A stretch of 50,800 bases of DNA from Catajapyx aquilonaris (taxonomy: Eukaryota), in contig JYFJ02002790.1 of the NCBI GenBank assembly GCA_000934665.2, positions 1 through 50,800 on the forward strand, in the 5' to 3' direction. Position 1 is the stretch's first letter. Each line of letters opens with the position of its first letter. Shown piece by piece: positions 35,122 through 47,839 of this stretch. Both the position numbers and the translations under genes were made by a program. The notes under the pieces are model-generated. The model worked only from the letters and a program-made list of their open reading frames with translations, was not told where the DNA came from and did no database searches.

Positions 35122-36930
35122 AACCTGAAGGAACCTTGGACCAAATCAAATGTGCTGTGGTTTGCTCCTTTTGTTTTTCGCTCTTGAGTGGTATTCGAGT
35201 TCAAAGGGCTGGTATCCAGAATTATAAGTGTAGATCTGAAGAGCAATTATTTTGTGGTGACATGATGTGAAATATTTATAAAGTTTGAAGCGCTAATGGA
35301 ATGTTCAATGCATACATGCATGGGATGTACTATTGTTGCGGAATGTTGTGGACACTTGGGGGTAGGCTGACCATTGACAAGTGTCCGTACCATTTCTGTG
35401 CCATTAGTACACCATTACTACTTCTGAACTTCAGGGTCGTCTGCGGATGGTAGATTAGGTATGGAGTAAAAAAGAGGATGATTACAGGACAAATTGCAGT
35501 TGATGTTACAAAGCATTATATTTGGAACTCATTTTATACACCACAAAACGAAAATGCTGTAGAAGTTTCATGAGTGAACCATTCATAACAAGTGTAGTTG
35601 TAAGATAAGGTGTGATGTGCAGGAATGGGAATCAGTTTTCAGTACTAGATGCTCATTCATTACTTCCAGAATCTCCCATTTCATTGTGCATATCAGGGCA
35701 ATCTAAAATTATTTGTAATAAAATGTCACAGTACCATAAGTGCAAGAAGTAGACATGCCATGCTTTGTTAATCACCTAACATTTCACTCAAAAGAGACAT
35801 TCAGGTGCAGAGGCAGAAAAAGTACCTTTCTCACTGTGAGTGAGGAAATTATTTTTGGCTGGATGTTAATTTTAGCAGAAATAGGAGTTAATATAAGGAA
35901 AATGAATTCGCGTGGGGGTGCCATAGCAAGCCAATAGTTTCTGACATTGAAAAGTAATGTTAGTACATTATTTCAGTCTGATACATGTATGAGGGTCATT
36001 TAAGAAAGGGTTGCTACAGTTTTTGTCATTGCTAATGTGAATTTTGGTTTGCATTATTTTACAATCTGACAATGGCTGTTGAGTCACGGATAATGTACTT
36101 GCACAGTAGTGAACTCTTGAGAGGGCCAGTATGACAAAGGCTGTTCCTCCCAGTAATTCAAAGTTATGTGGTTACTTACAGTGTTTGGTGATTTCCCCTT
36201 TGTTGTTCAGATTTATTTGTGTTGCTTTGCCTCTACATGCAACTTTAACTTCAGGAAGTCATACTGGGCCACTTAACTCACAGGTTCATTTTCATAGCCT
36301 CCAGGAAACTTTATTCAGCTGGAAATGAGTCAGAAAAGTTTATTATTCATTGTTATCAACATTGCTGTCAACAGTAACAAACTTCTCTGGCTCTTTATCA
36401 TTCAGAAAATGTTTCCTGGAGGAAATACAACCACACCTTAGGGAAGGATCACTGAACTCGTGCAGTCCAGCTGGATTTGTTTTTGTGTTATTAATTATTA
36501 TTGACAAAACTAAACAGCAATATAATAAGCACTCAAATCTGGCCGGGTTTGTTGTACTGAGTTCGGTACTCCCCACCTTTAGCCTTTCTGCTTATTGAAA
36601 ATTGAGGCTTAAAAAGTGACCAAAAATCCTCACTTCTGTGGTTAACATGCAAGGTCTGTGGTCGTTCCAAAAGTTCATACTGCCATCCAAATAATACAGG
36701 ATACTTCCAGGATAATACGAGTTACACAATTCCTAAGGGGGTGTGATATTATGCATATGCTTGGTAGTTTTACATTGTTGTTCTCCACCTACACATACAG
36801 TCTACTACAGATATGAGACTTCAAGGGACTCTGGCAATCCGAGTCCTATAACTGAGGTTTCATACATCCAAGTACACTGGCCATATGTTATGGAAGTACA
36901 CTGGGATCAGCCATGCAAATTGGCTACAAC

Positions 36931-36956
36931 CTAGGGTTGCTTATAAGCAACCCTAG
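36931..36956. repeat. Perfect 26-bp palindrome
   Basis: CTAGGGTTGCTTATAAGCAACCCTAG is its own reverse complement. Confidence 0.9.
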
Positions 36957-38354
36957 CAGAGGTTCTTATATCCAGAGTAGAGAGTGTATATACTCTGAAT
37001 GCATGCTGCTTCAAATACTGGCCTGTTCAAATTTTAGTGCAGGAACTATGGTCAAAATGATGTTCCTATAACTAGCCACGCTATCACGTGGCCAACTGCC
37101 ACAACCCCCTCAGGTCCCCAACGCGATAAGAGGGGGAGTGTCCATACCTTACAATTCTAAAACCATGCTGAAGACTCTTGCAAATATTCTGAGTATACAT
37201 AAACTAAGGCGATTTTTACTCTGCGTTAAATGAGGTCCAGCAGTCAAATCATTTGACCAGAATGAGATCAAAGGTAATTTGATAACTGGTTGGCCATAAA
37301 TGGTTTCCACATGCATGAGCCCCAATGTAATGGTCATTGACGGGATATTCCCTAAGACTTTGATTGTAGATTTTTATAATCATGGAATCTACCCACCATA
37401 TATCTAATATGGTTTCAAGTGTGAACAAAAAGCCAATGACAGATTAGGACAACTCATTTTTAAGTGACCCTTGCAGTATATTGTGATGCGGAATAATATG
37501 TGTTATGTAAAGGAAACGTGCTATGATTATTTATTTTGCTTGTAAAATGCATATACCGTATGTTAAAATTCGGTGATCATTTCTCACTGAAAATGCTGAT
37601 TTTCATACCACGATTATTCTTTCTGCATTTTTTTGTGTTTAAACTGTCAGTATTAGAATCAGTGGTAAATCAGACACAGAACAGCATTGTCAGTGTGATT
37701 AATGGTCCTCTGATTGATTGGCCAGTCCAGTTAAATGTGACATTCACATGACTTGAGATATTAAAATGAAACCCAAAAATGATTGCTAAGTCATCTACAA
37801 TACTGGCCATTAAGAAATGGTAACCAAAACTATAATTGTTGTAGATGTAGTGATTGGAGTAAAAAATAATAATATTGAAAGTTGGTCCATTAAAATGTTG
37901 GCATAAATTACATTATTCCTTTTTTAAGTGTAAATATTCAGTGCAGGTTTATTGAAAATTATATGCTGCTAGAAACAGTTGTACAGTTTTATAACCCCTG
38001 TTGGAAAAAAAAGTCTGCCTCTTTTCCCATCTTTGGCAGGACGAAATAAATGTACATAACAAACCATGTTGTTCACTATTTTTCATCTTTACACCAAATC
38101 CTATTATCTGCAGTAGGCCTGCTGTGCGTCTGAGCTTGTTATAAGCAGGGAATAGCACATTGGTGGTTTTAGCACTAACTTTTGTGAGGTTAACTCCTAA
38201 GGATGGTCCATATACCCATCATGTGGAAGTCTGGGAACAATCAGGAACGATCAGGACGTAGTCTAATGGATAGTCCGAAGATACACTGTAGCCTACTACC
38301 GATTAGCTGGGTGCTGATTATTATCCATGCATCGCCCAAAAATCAAAATATTAA

Positions 38355-39153
38355 CCCCTTCGGCCCCAGATCGGCCCGAACCACACAGTTTTTGGCTTAC
38401 GCGTACTCCGAAGATCTGGACAAGATATTTTGCAAATAATAACAGCTATACTTACGAGATCTGGGAAAACCCTGTGAATGTGTCTGGAACCATTTTACTC
38501 GTCTAGAAGTCCCTAAATTAATTTCCAAAAAGGGGCTATAATAACTCGAAATTGGACTACTGCCGCCCAACTTTTAGGCTGATTTGATTATGAAATGCGT
38601 GAAAATATGCGGAATAACAACCATGAGAACCACGCCAGACGAATTTGCTGAAATCGTCGTACTTTGCGAGAAATAAATTAATATTTATTTGCGGCTTTCT
38701 AGCACTTAGGAAAACTCCTAAATGAGTATGAGATGAATTTTCTGAAATCGTCGTACTTCATGAGAAACAAATAAATTTGGGAGTTTTCCGAAGTTTTCGG
38801 AAGTGCCAGAAAGCCGCAAATAAGTATTAATTTATTTCTCGCAAAGTACGACGATTTCAGCAAATTCGTCTGGCATGGTTCTCATGGTTGTTATTCCGCA
38901 TATTTTCACGCATTTCATAATCAAATCAGCCTAAAAGTTGGGCGGCAGTAGTCCAATTTCGAGTTATTATAGCCCTTTTTTGGAAATTAATTTAGGGACT
39001 TCTAGACGAGTAAAATGGTTCCAGACACATTCACAGGGTTTTCCCAGATCTCGTAAGTATAGCTGTTATTATTTGCAAAATATCTTGTCCGTATATTCGG
39101 AGTACGAGTAAGCCAAAAACTGTGTGGTTCGGGCCGATCTGGGGCCGAAGGGG
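38355..39153. mobile_element. piggyBac-like foldback element with near-perfect arms of about 350 bp
   Basis: TTAA at 38351-38354 and 39154-39157, CCCCTT termini. Arms 38355-38707 and 38801-39153 differ at only a handful of positions. Confidence 0.92.
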
Positions 39154-39176
39154 TTAACAGTCCGAAACAATGTGTC

Positions 39177-39242
39177 GAATTTTTGTCCCACCGCTAGATA
39201 CTTTTAACTTAGCAGTAAGTATAAGCAGTGGGACAAAAATTC
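39177..39242. repeat. Short inverted repeat, probable MITE remnant
   Basis: GAATTTTTGTCCCACCGCT pairs with AGCAGTGGGACAAAAATTC at 18/19 positions. Confidence 0.6.
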
Positions 39243-39772
39243 TACCCACTGTCAATATGTCTCGCTAACGAAGAAATATAACAGACTCTTTCTAGAAGAC
39301 AAAGTAAAAAATCTATGCTGAGTTTTATTATTTTGATTCAACCAAGCAGCATACTCTCTTTATAGTAGTTGATGAGTAGTGCATTAAAAACCTGTGGATA
39401 GCTCTTTTTTACTGTTTCTAGGCCCATTTTCTGATTATCGGGCAACACCCGTGCAGTCATTAGCCCAGATAATCGGGAGTACAGTGTACTCTGAAGTCAG
39501 CATACACAAAAAATAATTGTTTAATCTTAGTCTTAAGAATCTGACAATTAGTGCCTGGCTTCTCAATTTTTATGTCCGAGTGGCCTGAACCAGTTGGTGT
39601 GTCCTTAAGTCTATGACTAACTAATGCTAAAACCACCCCTGTGTTGACCTCTTAGCATGTAACATGACTTTTACTTTCATCAAATAAAGCAAACATTTTT
39701 TAAATGATTATTTTTTGTTCAAAACATCAATCAGAATAATGTAAGTTACACTTAAACTTCAGCAGCTTCTTT

Positions 39773-41823
39773 TCAGTGCAGAGTGATGCAGGATTCAGGA
39801 TGACCTTTACTATCTGATTTTTCATTAGAGGTAGCAGCAGCCATATTAGTATAAGGAATTACAGTGTTGTTGGCAGAACAAGAGGCACATGATAAACCCA
39901 GGAACATTGGGTCCTTGCGAATCTTCTTCAAATCATTAAGCCAGACACGACGGAGTGAGGTAGAATGAATGGAAGTTGCTTCTGGTGAACGGGCGGGCTG
40001 AAAAGAAAAGCCATTGCTTAATATGCAGACTTCAGCTTCAAGACAAGGCATACGTTACCTTCAAGCAGTCGTTATTTGCCTGCTGTCTCAAGCTTACACG
40101 TGCACTTTTACGTATTTGCCTTGCTACATTTTGCTGGTCATCAAGCATGCTCTTTTCTGGAATATCTTGTGCTGCATTTTTATTCTGGGGAAAGCAAGTT
40201 ACATTAATAATCACCAGAAACTGTGATGTTCATTGCAGGGAAAGTGTGATGAAAGAGATGTAACAAAATGTGTCTCCCCTTCTGCTAGTGGACTCAGGTG
40301 TTACAGAATTATGTGTAACAATTTAAACTGGGAATCGAGCCATTGATTACTGCATAGAGATAACAGCAAAAAGTATTTAAAATGTTTGGTGCATGCATTC
40401 TGGAATTTTCCGATGCAAGTTGTTTCAATTGTGGGTATGAAATTACAAATATTGAGTATGATGAAAAGAAAATCAGCATACTTGTGGAGGTGCCCTAAAT
40501 GGTTTTCCACATGTCCATGGATGCTGAAGAACCTCAGAAGCACTTGGTCTCAATTCAGGCTCACATGACAGAAGTGAAGTCACCAAATATCGAGCCCCAG
40601 GTGACAGCGAAGGCCATGGCTGATGAAAATGTATTTAAATGCAGTATAAATATCAAAAGTTCTGCATTGCCATTATTACCACAGAGCATTGGTGTGGTGT
40701 TTGTCATTTGTGTTTTCTTACCTCATGATCCATGGGATAGTCGGCCTTCAGTATTTTGGCATACAGTTGTAGAGTGTTGTCATCAGCAAATGGAAATGAT
40801 CCACTTAGGAGCATGTAGAGGACCACTCCTGATGACCACATGTCAACTGCATTTGTATATGGGTGCCCTGCAATTACCTAATAGATTTGATGCATTGTTA
40901 GTACAGAAAGAATGCTGTGTCATAAAAAACAAAAGCTTACTTCTGGTGCAACATACTCAGGTGTACCACAGGCAGTATGCATGAAGGAATTTGGACTTGG
41001 AGACCTGAGGGCTGCAAAACCAAAGTCTGACAGAAGAAGTGGAGCATTATCTGCAGGGTGCGAATACAGCAGGTTGTCTGGTTTCACATCCCTGTGTGTT
41101 ATTCCTAAAGAATGAAGATATTGGAGAGCAGCCATAAGCATGCGGACAGCACCCATAGATTCCTTCTCCGTAAAACGAACTAGAAGAAGAAAATTCAATG
41201 TTAATGTGTGTCATTGCTAGATATTAAGGGTGCACACACCTCTGGAGAGCAGCCGGTCCAATAAGTCTCCTCCACGTGCTAATTCCATCACCATGTAGAG
41301 ACGGTGTCGGCCTTCAAATGCTTCTACCAAACGGACCACATTTGGGTGGTGGACACGATGCAGTATGGCCAGCTCAGCATTCGCCAGTTCACGACCACCT
41401 TTGTAGTCCAGCACCTATATAGAGACCAAGTCATGGTAACTTTAAGTAAGTATTTATATGATTAATAATTATATACGTTATTAAAATAATCTAAAAAATA
41501 ATGTTATAGGACATCCTCTACTGAGAATGGAATCTAACCTTGATTGCATAGTCTTTCTTAGTGACCCTGTCTTGCACCAGAAGTACTCTGCTGAACTTGC
41601 CCTTGTTGAGCTGCTTTTTCAGTTCATATTTGGCTGACACGCGACGGTCATGCCTCCTGCTCCATGACCCCCCTTGTTTTTCGAAACTTTGTTTGTTGGC
41701 CCTTTCAGGAGTGTCCACTATTGTGAATGTGAAGCCCTCAGGGGCCTCGGTCGTTTTCGCATCGTTTTTTCCCGGGTCGGACACGCTTCTTCGACGAGGA
41801 AGTCTGGTCGATGCGCTGCCCAT
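39773..41823 (-). CDS. PSKH1: Serine/threonine-protein kinase H1-like (CAMK group, PSK family), about 447 aa, 7 exons
   Basis: Exons 41823-41539, 41414-41240, 41179-40941, 40877-40722, 40619-40482, 40184-40059, 39997-39773. Motifs MG start, DRRVSAKYE, FSRV, YAIK, GRELANAELAILHRVHHPN, LGITHRDVKPDN, DFG, TACGTPEYVAPE, PYTNAVDMW, HPW. Confidence 0.85.
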
Positions 41824-43176
41824 TTTCGTGACGATTCATTCAGTTCTGCACTTCGTAAGCAGGAAACATTTGAGTGCAAATATTGACGGTGTTGTTTGTT
41901 TCATGGCTTGGGCAATATATCATCTGGCAGAATATTACAGTTCACAGGATCGTAAGAAATAAATTATTCGATGGAACGATCAATTTAATTTTCGTCTTGT
42001 ACATGTGCGCTCATTTAATTGCATGTAATTGTGACAGGGCAATCCTCTTGCTTTGAATACATTATCGTGTATAAAAAATTTCGTGCCTGTTTTTATTGAT
42101 TCCATACGTTGTGTCAAGGTTTCTCATATTGTATAATATGCTGTAAGTAATTTGTCTACGGCTCTCTTCCACCCATCCTTATGCTTTTCGCACACATTCG
42201 ATGATGAGTTACATATGAGCGAGAAATATTTGATCGTTCTGTAATAAAACTGTTGCAAAGTGTTTGTTAATAAAGCTATACTGTCCAGCACACAGAAAGT
42301 TGAGTTGCCAGTGTCAATTTAGACCTGAACAAAGTAATGCTGGACTGTACTTTGGTATGTAACGTGAACATTTATGCCTAATTTAAAGGCCTCATTGAGT
42401 CAACATATTTTTATACCAATAGTGTGTTTCGTACTAATGTGAAAAGAAATGCATAGTTCATAAGTTACTCGACCATGTCATTCAGTCATATGTATTCCTG
42501 ATCTAAATGAGGAGAACTGATACCTGAAAATGTATAAAATGTCCACTAACCTGTTGGGGGAAGTTTACGATGAAAAGTGCCTCCAGTTGGCCTGCACACC
42601 CCTGACTGGACAACGAGTAAATGTCATGAGCATGGCCTTGCACTCGCGAAAGTAAGAGATTCGATTATTGGTCTCCAAGGCATGCAGGCAGATGGGAATG
42701 AAATGCTTATGTATTGATTGAAAGTGGGAGATAGTTAGGCCAGCAATATGATATAGGGTTAACCTCCTCTATTGAGGCACATACGTTGAATAATATATTC
42801 ATACATAGTAGTAAGATAAGCCACCTGATTACGTACGTTTTCTTAACTGCTGCATTAGTTTGAGCCGGACATTATTAATTATTCGTGTTAAGATATCGGT
42901 CTACATACTGCATCATACATATCTTGCAATTTAATGATCCCTGGTGACGGTAGGCGTAGTTTCTGTCTTGATATGTGCTTTTATTATGCATACGAATCAG
43001 GTGTTGTGTGCTACTGTGCAGCTCAATAATTCAGCATGTTCGACCTTGAACAGGTGACTAAGGATGACTGTAGACTTTCCGAATTATGTATTTACTTAGA
43101 AGCTGTACTTAGGTGCTTGGTTAATGTTAAACTGACAATATTCTGGTATTGATATGCCTGATATGCTGTACCTGAT

Positions 43177-43289
43177 GGGCCGTATTCAGAGTCAACAACA
43201 AGAGTTTAGTGCAGTGCTTTAAACCACGTGACCCAGTTCACTAAGTAAAGTCGCATGCAGAGTCGCGCTGAATACTCTGAATACGGCCC
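43177..43289. mobile_element. 113-bp MITE (PIF/Harbinger-like, 3-bp TSD)
   Basis: Perfect 16-bp TIR GGGCCGTATTCAGAGT, with GAT on both flanks. Confidence 0.75.
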
Positions 43290-43437
43290 GATATGTTCCA
43301 AATATAAGTACGGCCATTTTCCAATAATTAATGAACAACCATGCAGAAAAGGCGATTGCCAGGCCAGTAAAATGAATCCGGCGTCATTTTCATCGATCTC
43401 ATGGTCTCATCGCCATCGCCATTGTCTAAGTGACAAT

Positions 43438-45560
43438 TTATTGTTCAGGCAGAGAAGCTGGAACTACATGCGTAGTGATACCGTATGGTCGCAGGTGGTA
43501 TATTAAATACTCCATGATGTGCATGTCTCTGGGCCCAACGTAGTGAAAACTGACTAATGAATCCGAGCAGCACTCCTTTCCCTACAGAAGGATCAAAAGA
43601 CACGTCAGGATATAACAACTGTTTCTTTCAATGCGATTTAAAATATTTATACTATGCGACACAAGTTGAAAGTACTCAGTTATGTATTCATAATATTATG
43701 ACATTGTAAGCCTGGACGTATCTATTTTAGGTACAGTCACTGCTTAATTTTACATGCCCGTAACAATTTAAATCGAGCACGCAATATGATTCTAAACATC
43801 TTACAATCTTACATAATAAATCAGTATATGAGTAGGGCTATAGCCTACTATTAACTTATAATCATCTGTTACTTCTTGTCATATGTCGTCATTCATTGCA
43901 ACCTACTTGTAATTTACTCTGATTTGGATTACGAACTTTATGTTAAAAGCAATAGAATATAATTAATGTAAAGTCTATACCTCTTGTGGTAAGTAATAAG
44001 CGTATTCCCAATACCAATCTGGGAATTCACCATGAGACACGTGCTTTCTAGGATATAAGGGTAGGAAACGGGGACGGCCAAGGGCATCCCTAGAATCCTT
44101 TGCAATAACTCCTACATTTTCCAAACATTTTCCTATAAAAGAGGCATCATAATATAGTATAACAGTGCACTTGGATTCCGCGTGTCATTCAATACAATGT
44201 GCTAAGGTACAGTACCTATCTCCAAATCTTCATCACCATCAGCACCCTGGTAGCAGTTGGATTTATTGGAAAACCCATTTTCCACTAGCCTTCTCACTGC
44301 CTCTCTGCTCAACACGTAACCTGCGTAACATATGGTAGTATGCAAACTATGTCAACTTAATATTCAAGTTGGAATGGCCGATATTACAATCCAGATATTG
44401 TCTCACCTGATCCACCACTCATATACCCTTGAGAAAGAAATGTCTTGAAGCGGCATCCAAAATATACCGGTTCATTCGAATTGTAAGCTGAAAGAAGGTA
44501 TCTCAAGTTCTCCACTATAACAAAGGTGTCATCATCCGCTTTCATAAACCAGTCGTAGATATTCAAATGCTTGTACGCGTAGTGAAATGCCGTCTTCGTT
44601 TTACCCCACAGAAATACTTTTTCTTCTTGAACATTGGCAACCACTGCAGGCAAACTCAAATCTGTAACGTAAATATTACTGGCAGATGCTTCCTCTGATT
44701 CGATTCAAATAATGAGTTAGATATCATGATATCGTACCTTTTTTTGAAGTAACAAATATGACACCATTGCATCGGCTTCCCCAAGTTTTTAATACTTGCC
44801 TAGCCCTGCTCTCGTGGTTTTTTGGTTGGGTCAATATCAAGCACAGGATTCGCACGCGATTGGCGAGTGCTACAGCTGCTGTATCATATTCTAAGACTAA
44901 TTTGGATTTTAAAAATTAATATGAAAGCAATGTTAATGTTGGAACTCACCTTGGTGCTGTTTATCGAATTGGATGAGCCCGGTGTGTCTTTGATTGCCTA
45001 CAAATCCTTTCCTTTCCGATTCTCCCGACACATCACTTAAGAGATGGGGGCTATACAGAATAAATAATTGGTTTATTTTAATAGTATATTTTTAGACCAG
45101 ATTCGTAGGAAATTATACCTTGCCATTTACCACTAACATTGGGTGTACAAATTGCTAGAGGTTATTAAGACGAAGGTACTAGAGTGCTTCATGTGTAAGG
45201 AAGCAGAAGAAAGCTATAAGTTAAGCCTAATGTAATATTGTATTGCAACTGTGCGCTGCAGTGTATTTTGGAATATTGTGATTGTCATGACCCCTTTCCA
45301 ATCCGCACGACCGATCATTAATGAACAACAGTTAGGGTCAATTACTACAAAATAGAATCCATGTAACTCCCGACACTAAGGACAATTCGGTTTAAATTAA
45401 TTTTGGCTTAAAATTAAAATTAAAATTAAAATTTTGTCTTAATCCTGCAATATTTTACTAACCCTGACAAACACGTTGTTGTGGAGAAGTGCCATACGTA
45501 GAGCAATGAGTAGGTGAATCCGAAGCCAGAAATGCACCCCACGACGATTACAACCAGCAT
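43438..45560 (-). CDS. C1GALT1: Glycoprotein-N-acetylgalactosamine 3-beta-galactosyltransferase 1-like (T-synthase, GT31), at least 335 aa
   Basis: Exons 45560-45463, 45050-44950, 44890-44738, 44661-44407, 44320-44216, 44132-43981, 43581-43438. N-terminal TM, then [74 protein letters not shown] splice acceptor at 45600-45601 suggests another upstream exon. It may be a paralogue rather than the orthologue. Confidence 0.92.
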
Positions 45561-45690
45561 ATTTATGAAAAAGCGACATCGGCGGAGGGGCAAGTAACAC
45601 TGTCAGGACAGAAAAATGACGAATAATTTTTGTTCTTAGTATTTATAGCCCTAACTTGGTTTTACAGTATAACACATTAAAGTAATGTAC

Positions 45691-45832
45691 CGTATGGAAA
45701 ATGAGAGAACGATCTGACGTCATCAAGGTTTCCATGGAAATACCCCCAGAGAACAATATGAGTAAACAGTGTCTACAAAAAGCGACAATGGAAGAAATGA
45801 TGACGTCAGATCGTTCTCTCGTTTTCCGTACG
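45691..45832. mobile_element. Small MITE with 35-bp arms, each containing TGACGTCA
   Basis: 45691-45725 matches the reverse complement of 45798-45832 at 33/35 positions. TA dinucleotides lie at or next to both ends. Confidence 0.75.
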
Positions 45833-47255
45833 TATCACGATTAGGATTATACTGTACTTCTATAATGTCATGATCAACAATAAAATGTACCCCGCTACTA
45901 CCATTCTAAAATACTCTAGGGTCTAGGCCTACGTTCATTGATGATAAGTATACAGTTCTCACAGTTCTCATCCTGCGGAACTGAAATGCTGAAGGAGTAA
46001 TGTCGTTGAAAGGGATGCTGTAGGAGAAGGCGACAGTAATTATTATAATAATGTGCCAACGACCAATGAAAGAATAATTTGGCAGGGTCTCTGATGTGTG
46101 ACAAGTGAAAGTAACGATCAGAAGAGCTCCTCTGGTTCGATGAACACTCTTTTCCAGTTGGGAACTTGTTGGATCACTCCTCGTGTTATGAGGGGACAGC
46201 TTCACCGGTGTCGAATAAGAACACCAACCCGAAGGCTACCAGCACGAGAAAAAGCACAGTTCATCAACCCGTTCCAGATCTTTTTCAAAGCTCTCTGTTA
46301 CCATGGCAACTGCGTTCCAAACCATGAACTAGGCGTAAGATGGCTGTGTCTGCACACACACATACTCGTATGTGCTAAGGTGATACTTTTGTATACATCT
46401 GACAATAAAGCAGAGGGTGGCCGGGTAATCTGCCCTAAATCCTGGATTCTTAAAATACACTGGTGGATGAAGTAGTTATACGGAAAAAGCCTGCTATGTA
46501 CTGATACAGTATTATGGTTTTAGGTGTGTGTTTTTTTGTTGTTGTTTTTTGCGGATACATCCACTGAGATACAATTTAAAAAAAGTCTTGCATGAGACAA
46601 AATTGTTAATAGATCTGGAGTGCATGAAATATTTCCATCCTAATTAATATTACAAGTAGCCCCATACATACAATCATTTTAAGAATATTGGGATTGCGTT
46701 GGACTTATACATGTAATGTTTGGTGCTAAAATTACAATGAATCGTTTAGATATATGCTTTTTCAGAAGCATGGGTATGGATTTTATTAAACTGGAAAATA
46801 TGGCTTTTAAGCTGCTTTAACTGGTTTTATTTATTTTATGTGACATACAGCATACATACAGGATACAATATCTAGGTTATAATATTATCTGCAGCGCAGA
46901 AGATGCCTGTAAGTGGAGTGAGATAGATGCGTTTACCTTTTACCATGCTTGACGAAATTACATTTATCACACAGGTAGGTGGTACAATAAATTCCTTGAT
47001 GTTGGTGAAAGTGGCACATTATAAGAAAATAGCACTTATACTACTACAGCAGTTATACAACACGTATTAAGAAATATTCAATTCTGTAACGCAATATTAT
47101 TTGAATATGTATATGAAGTGATCAGTTTGTTTTGCTTACTATTATAATTTCAAAACAAATTGTGTGAAGAAGAATGCTCTACAATCCTACATGCTTCAAA
47201 GGTTGGAAATATGATTCACTATGCTGGGAAACACTGTAGTTATGTGTAGCCTGTA

Positions 47256-47619
47256 CAAGGGTGACCACGCTAACTTTGGCAAACATCACAGGGTGGGTAG
47301 AGGCCCCATAGGCAAGTATATTGCGCCTGGTGGGTAGGCAACCCATCGTACTTGAAGGTTGCGTTCATCAGGCGTTCATCAGGTTTTGCACTTGACACTC
47401 GCAATAATTGCCAGTGTCAAGTGCAAAACCTGATGAACGCAACCTTCAAGTACGATGGGTTGCCTACCCACCAGGCGCAACATACTAAAGGTGGAAACGG
47501 CCGTACCTCCGTACGGGAGCATTTTCGGACATGGGTACCGTGTACCGAAGCTCAAAATACTAGCCTATGGGGCCTCTACCCACCCGGTGATGTTTGCCAA
47601 AGTTAGCGTGGTCACCCTG
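47256..47619. mobile_element. Tc1/mariner-type MITE enclosing a second palindromic element
   Basis: TA-CAAGGGTGACCACGC...GCGTGGTCACCCTG-TA with arms of about 60 bp. Inner near-perfect palindrome at 47321-47480. Confidence 0.85.
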
Positions 47620-47658
47620 TATTATATCTATAATCACGACATTGTACGACACTACAAA

Positions 47659-47697
47659 CGACGACGACGACAAGGACAACGACAACAACAACAACAC
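47659..47697. repeat. Compound (CGA)n/(CAA)n microsatellite
   Basis: Seen directly, downstream of the IR-C stop codon. Confidence 0.7.
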
Positions 47698-47839
47698 AGT
47701 AAATGATAAACTCTAACCTCATATGGCTAGGTGTATTTCTTGTGATCTGTGGGCCTGATGTAAGGGCCCTATTTTATGCAATACATTCATATTCATGCAG
47801 CATAATTTGTAGTTACATCAAACGGACCCTTACGAATAA

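Noticed and set aside
18052..45560. Functional link between the mucin-like gene and the T-synthase-like gene
   Set aside because: They are more than 20 kb apart with unrelated genes between them; nothing beyond co-location supports a link.
45640..45647. TATAAATA as the promoter of the T-synthase-like gene
   Set aside because: A strong splice acceptor at 45600-45601 suggests this position is intronic.
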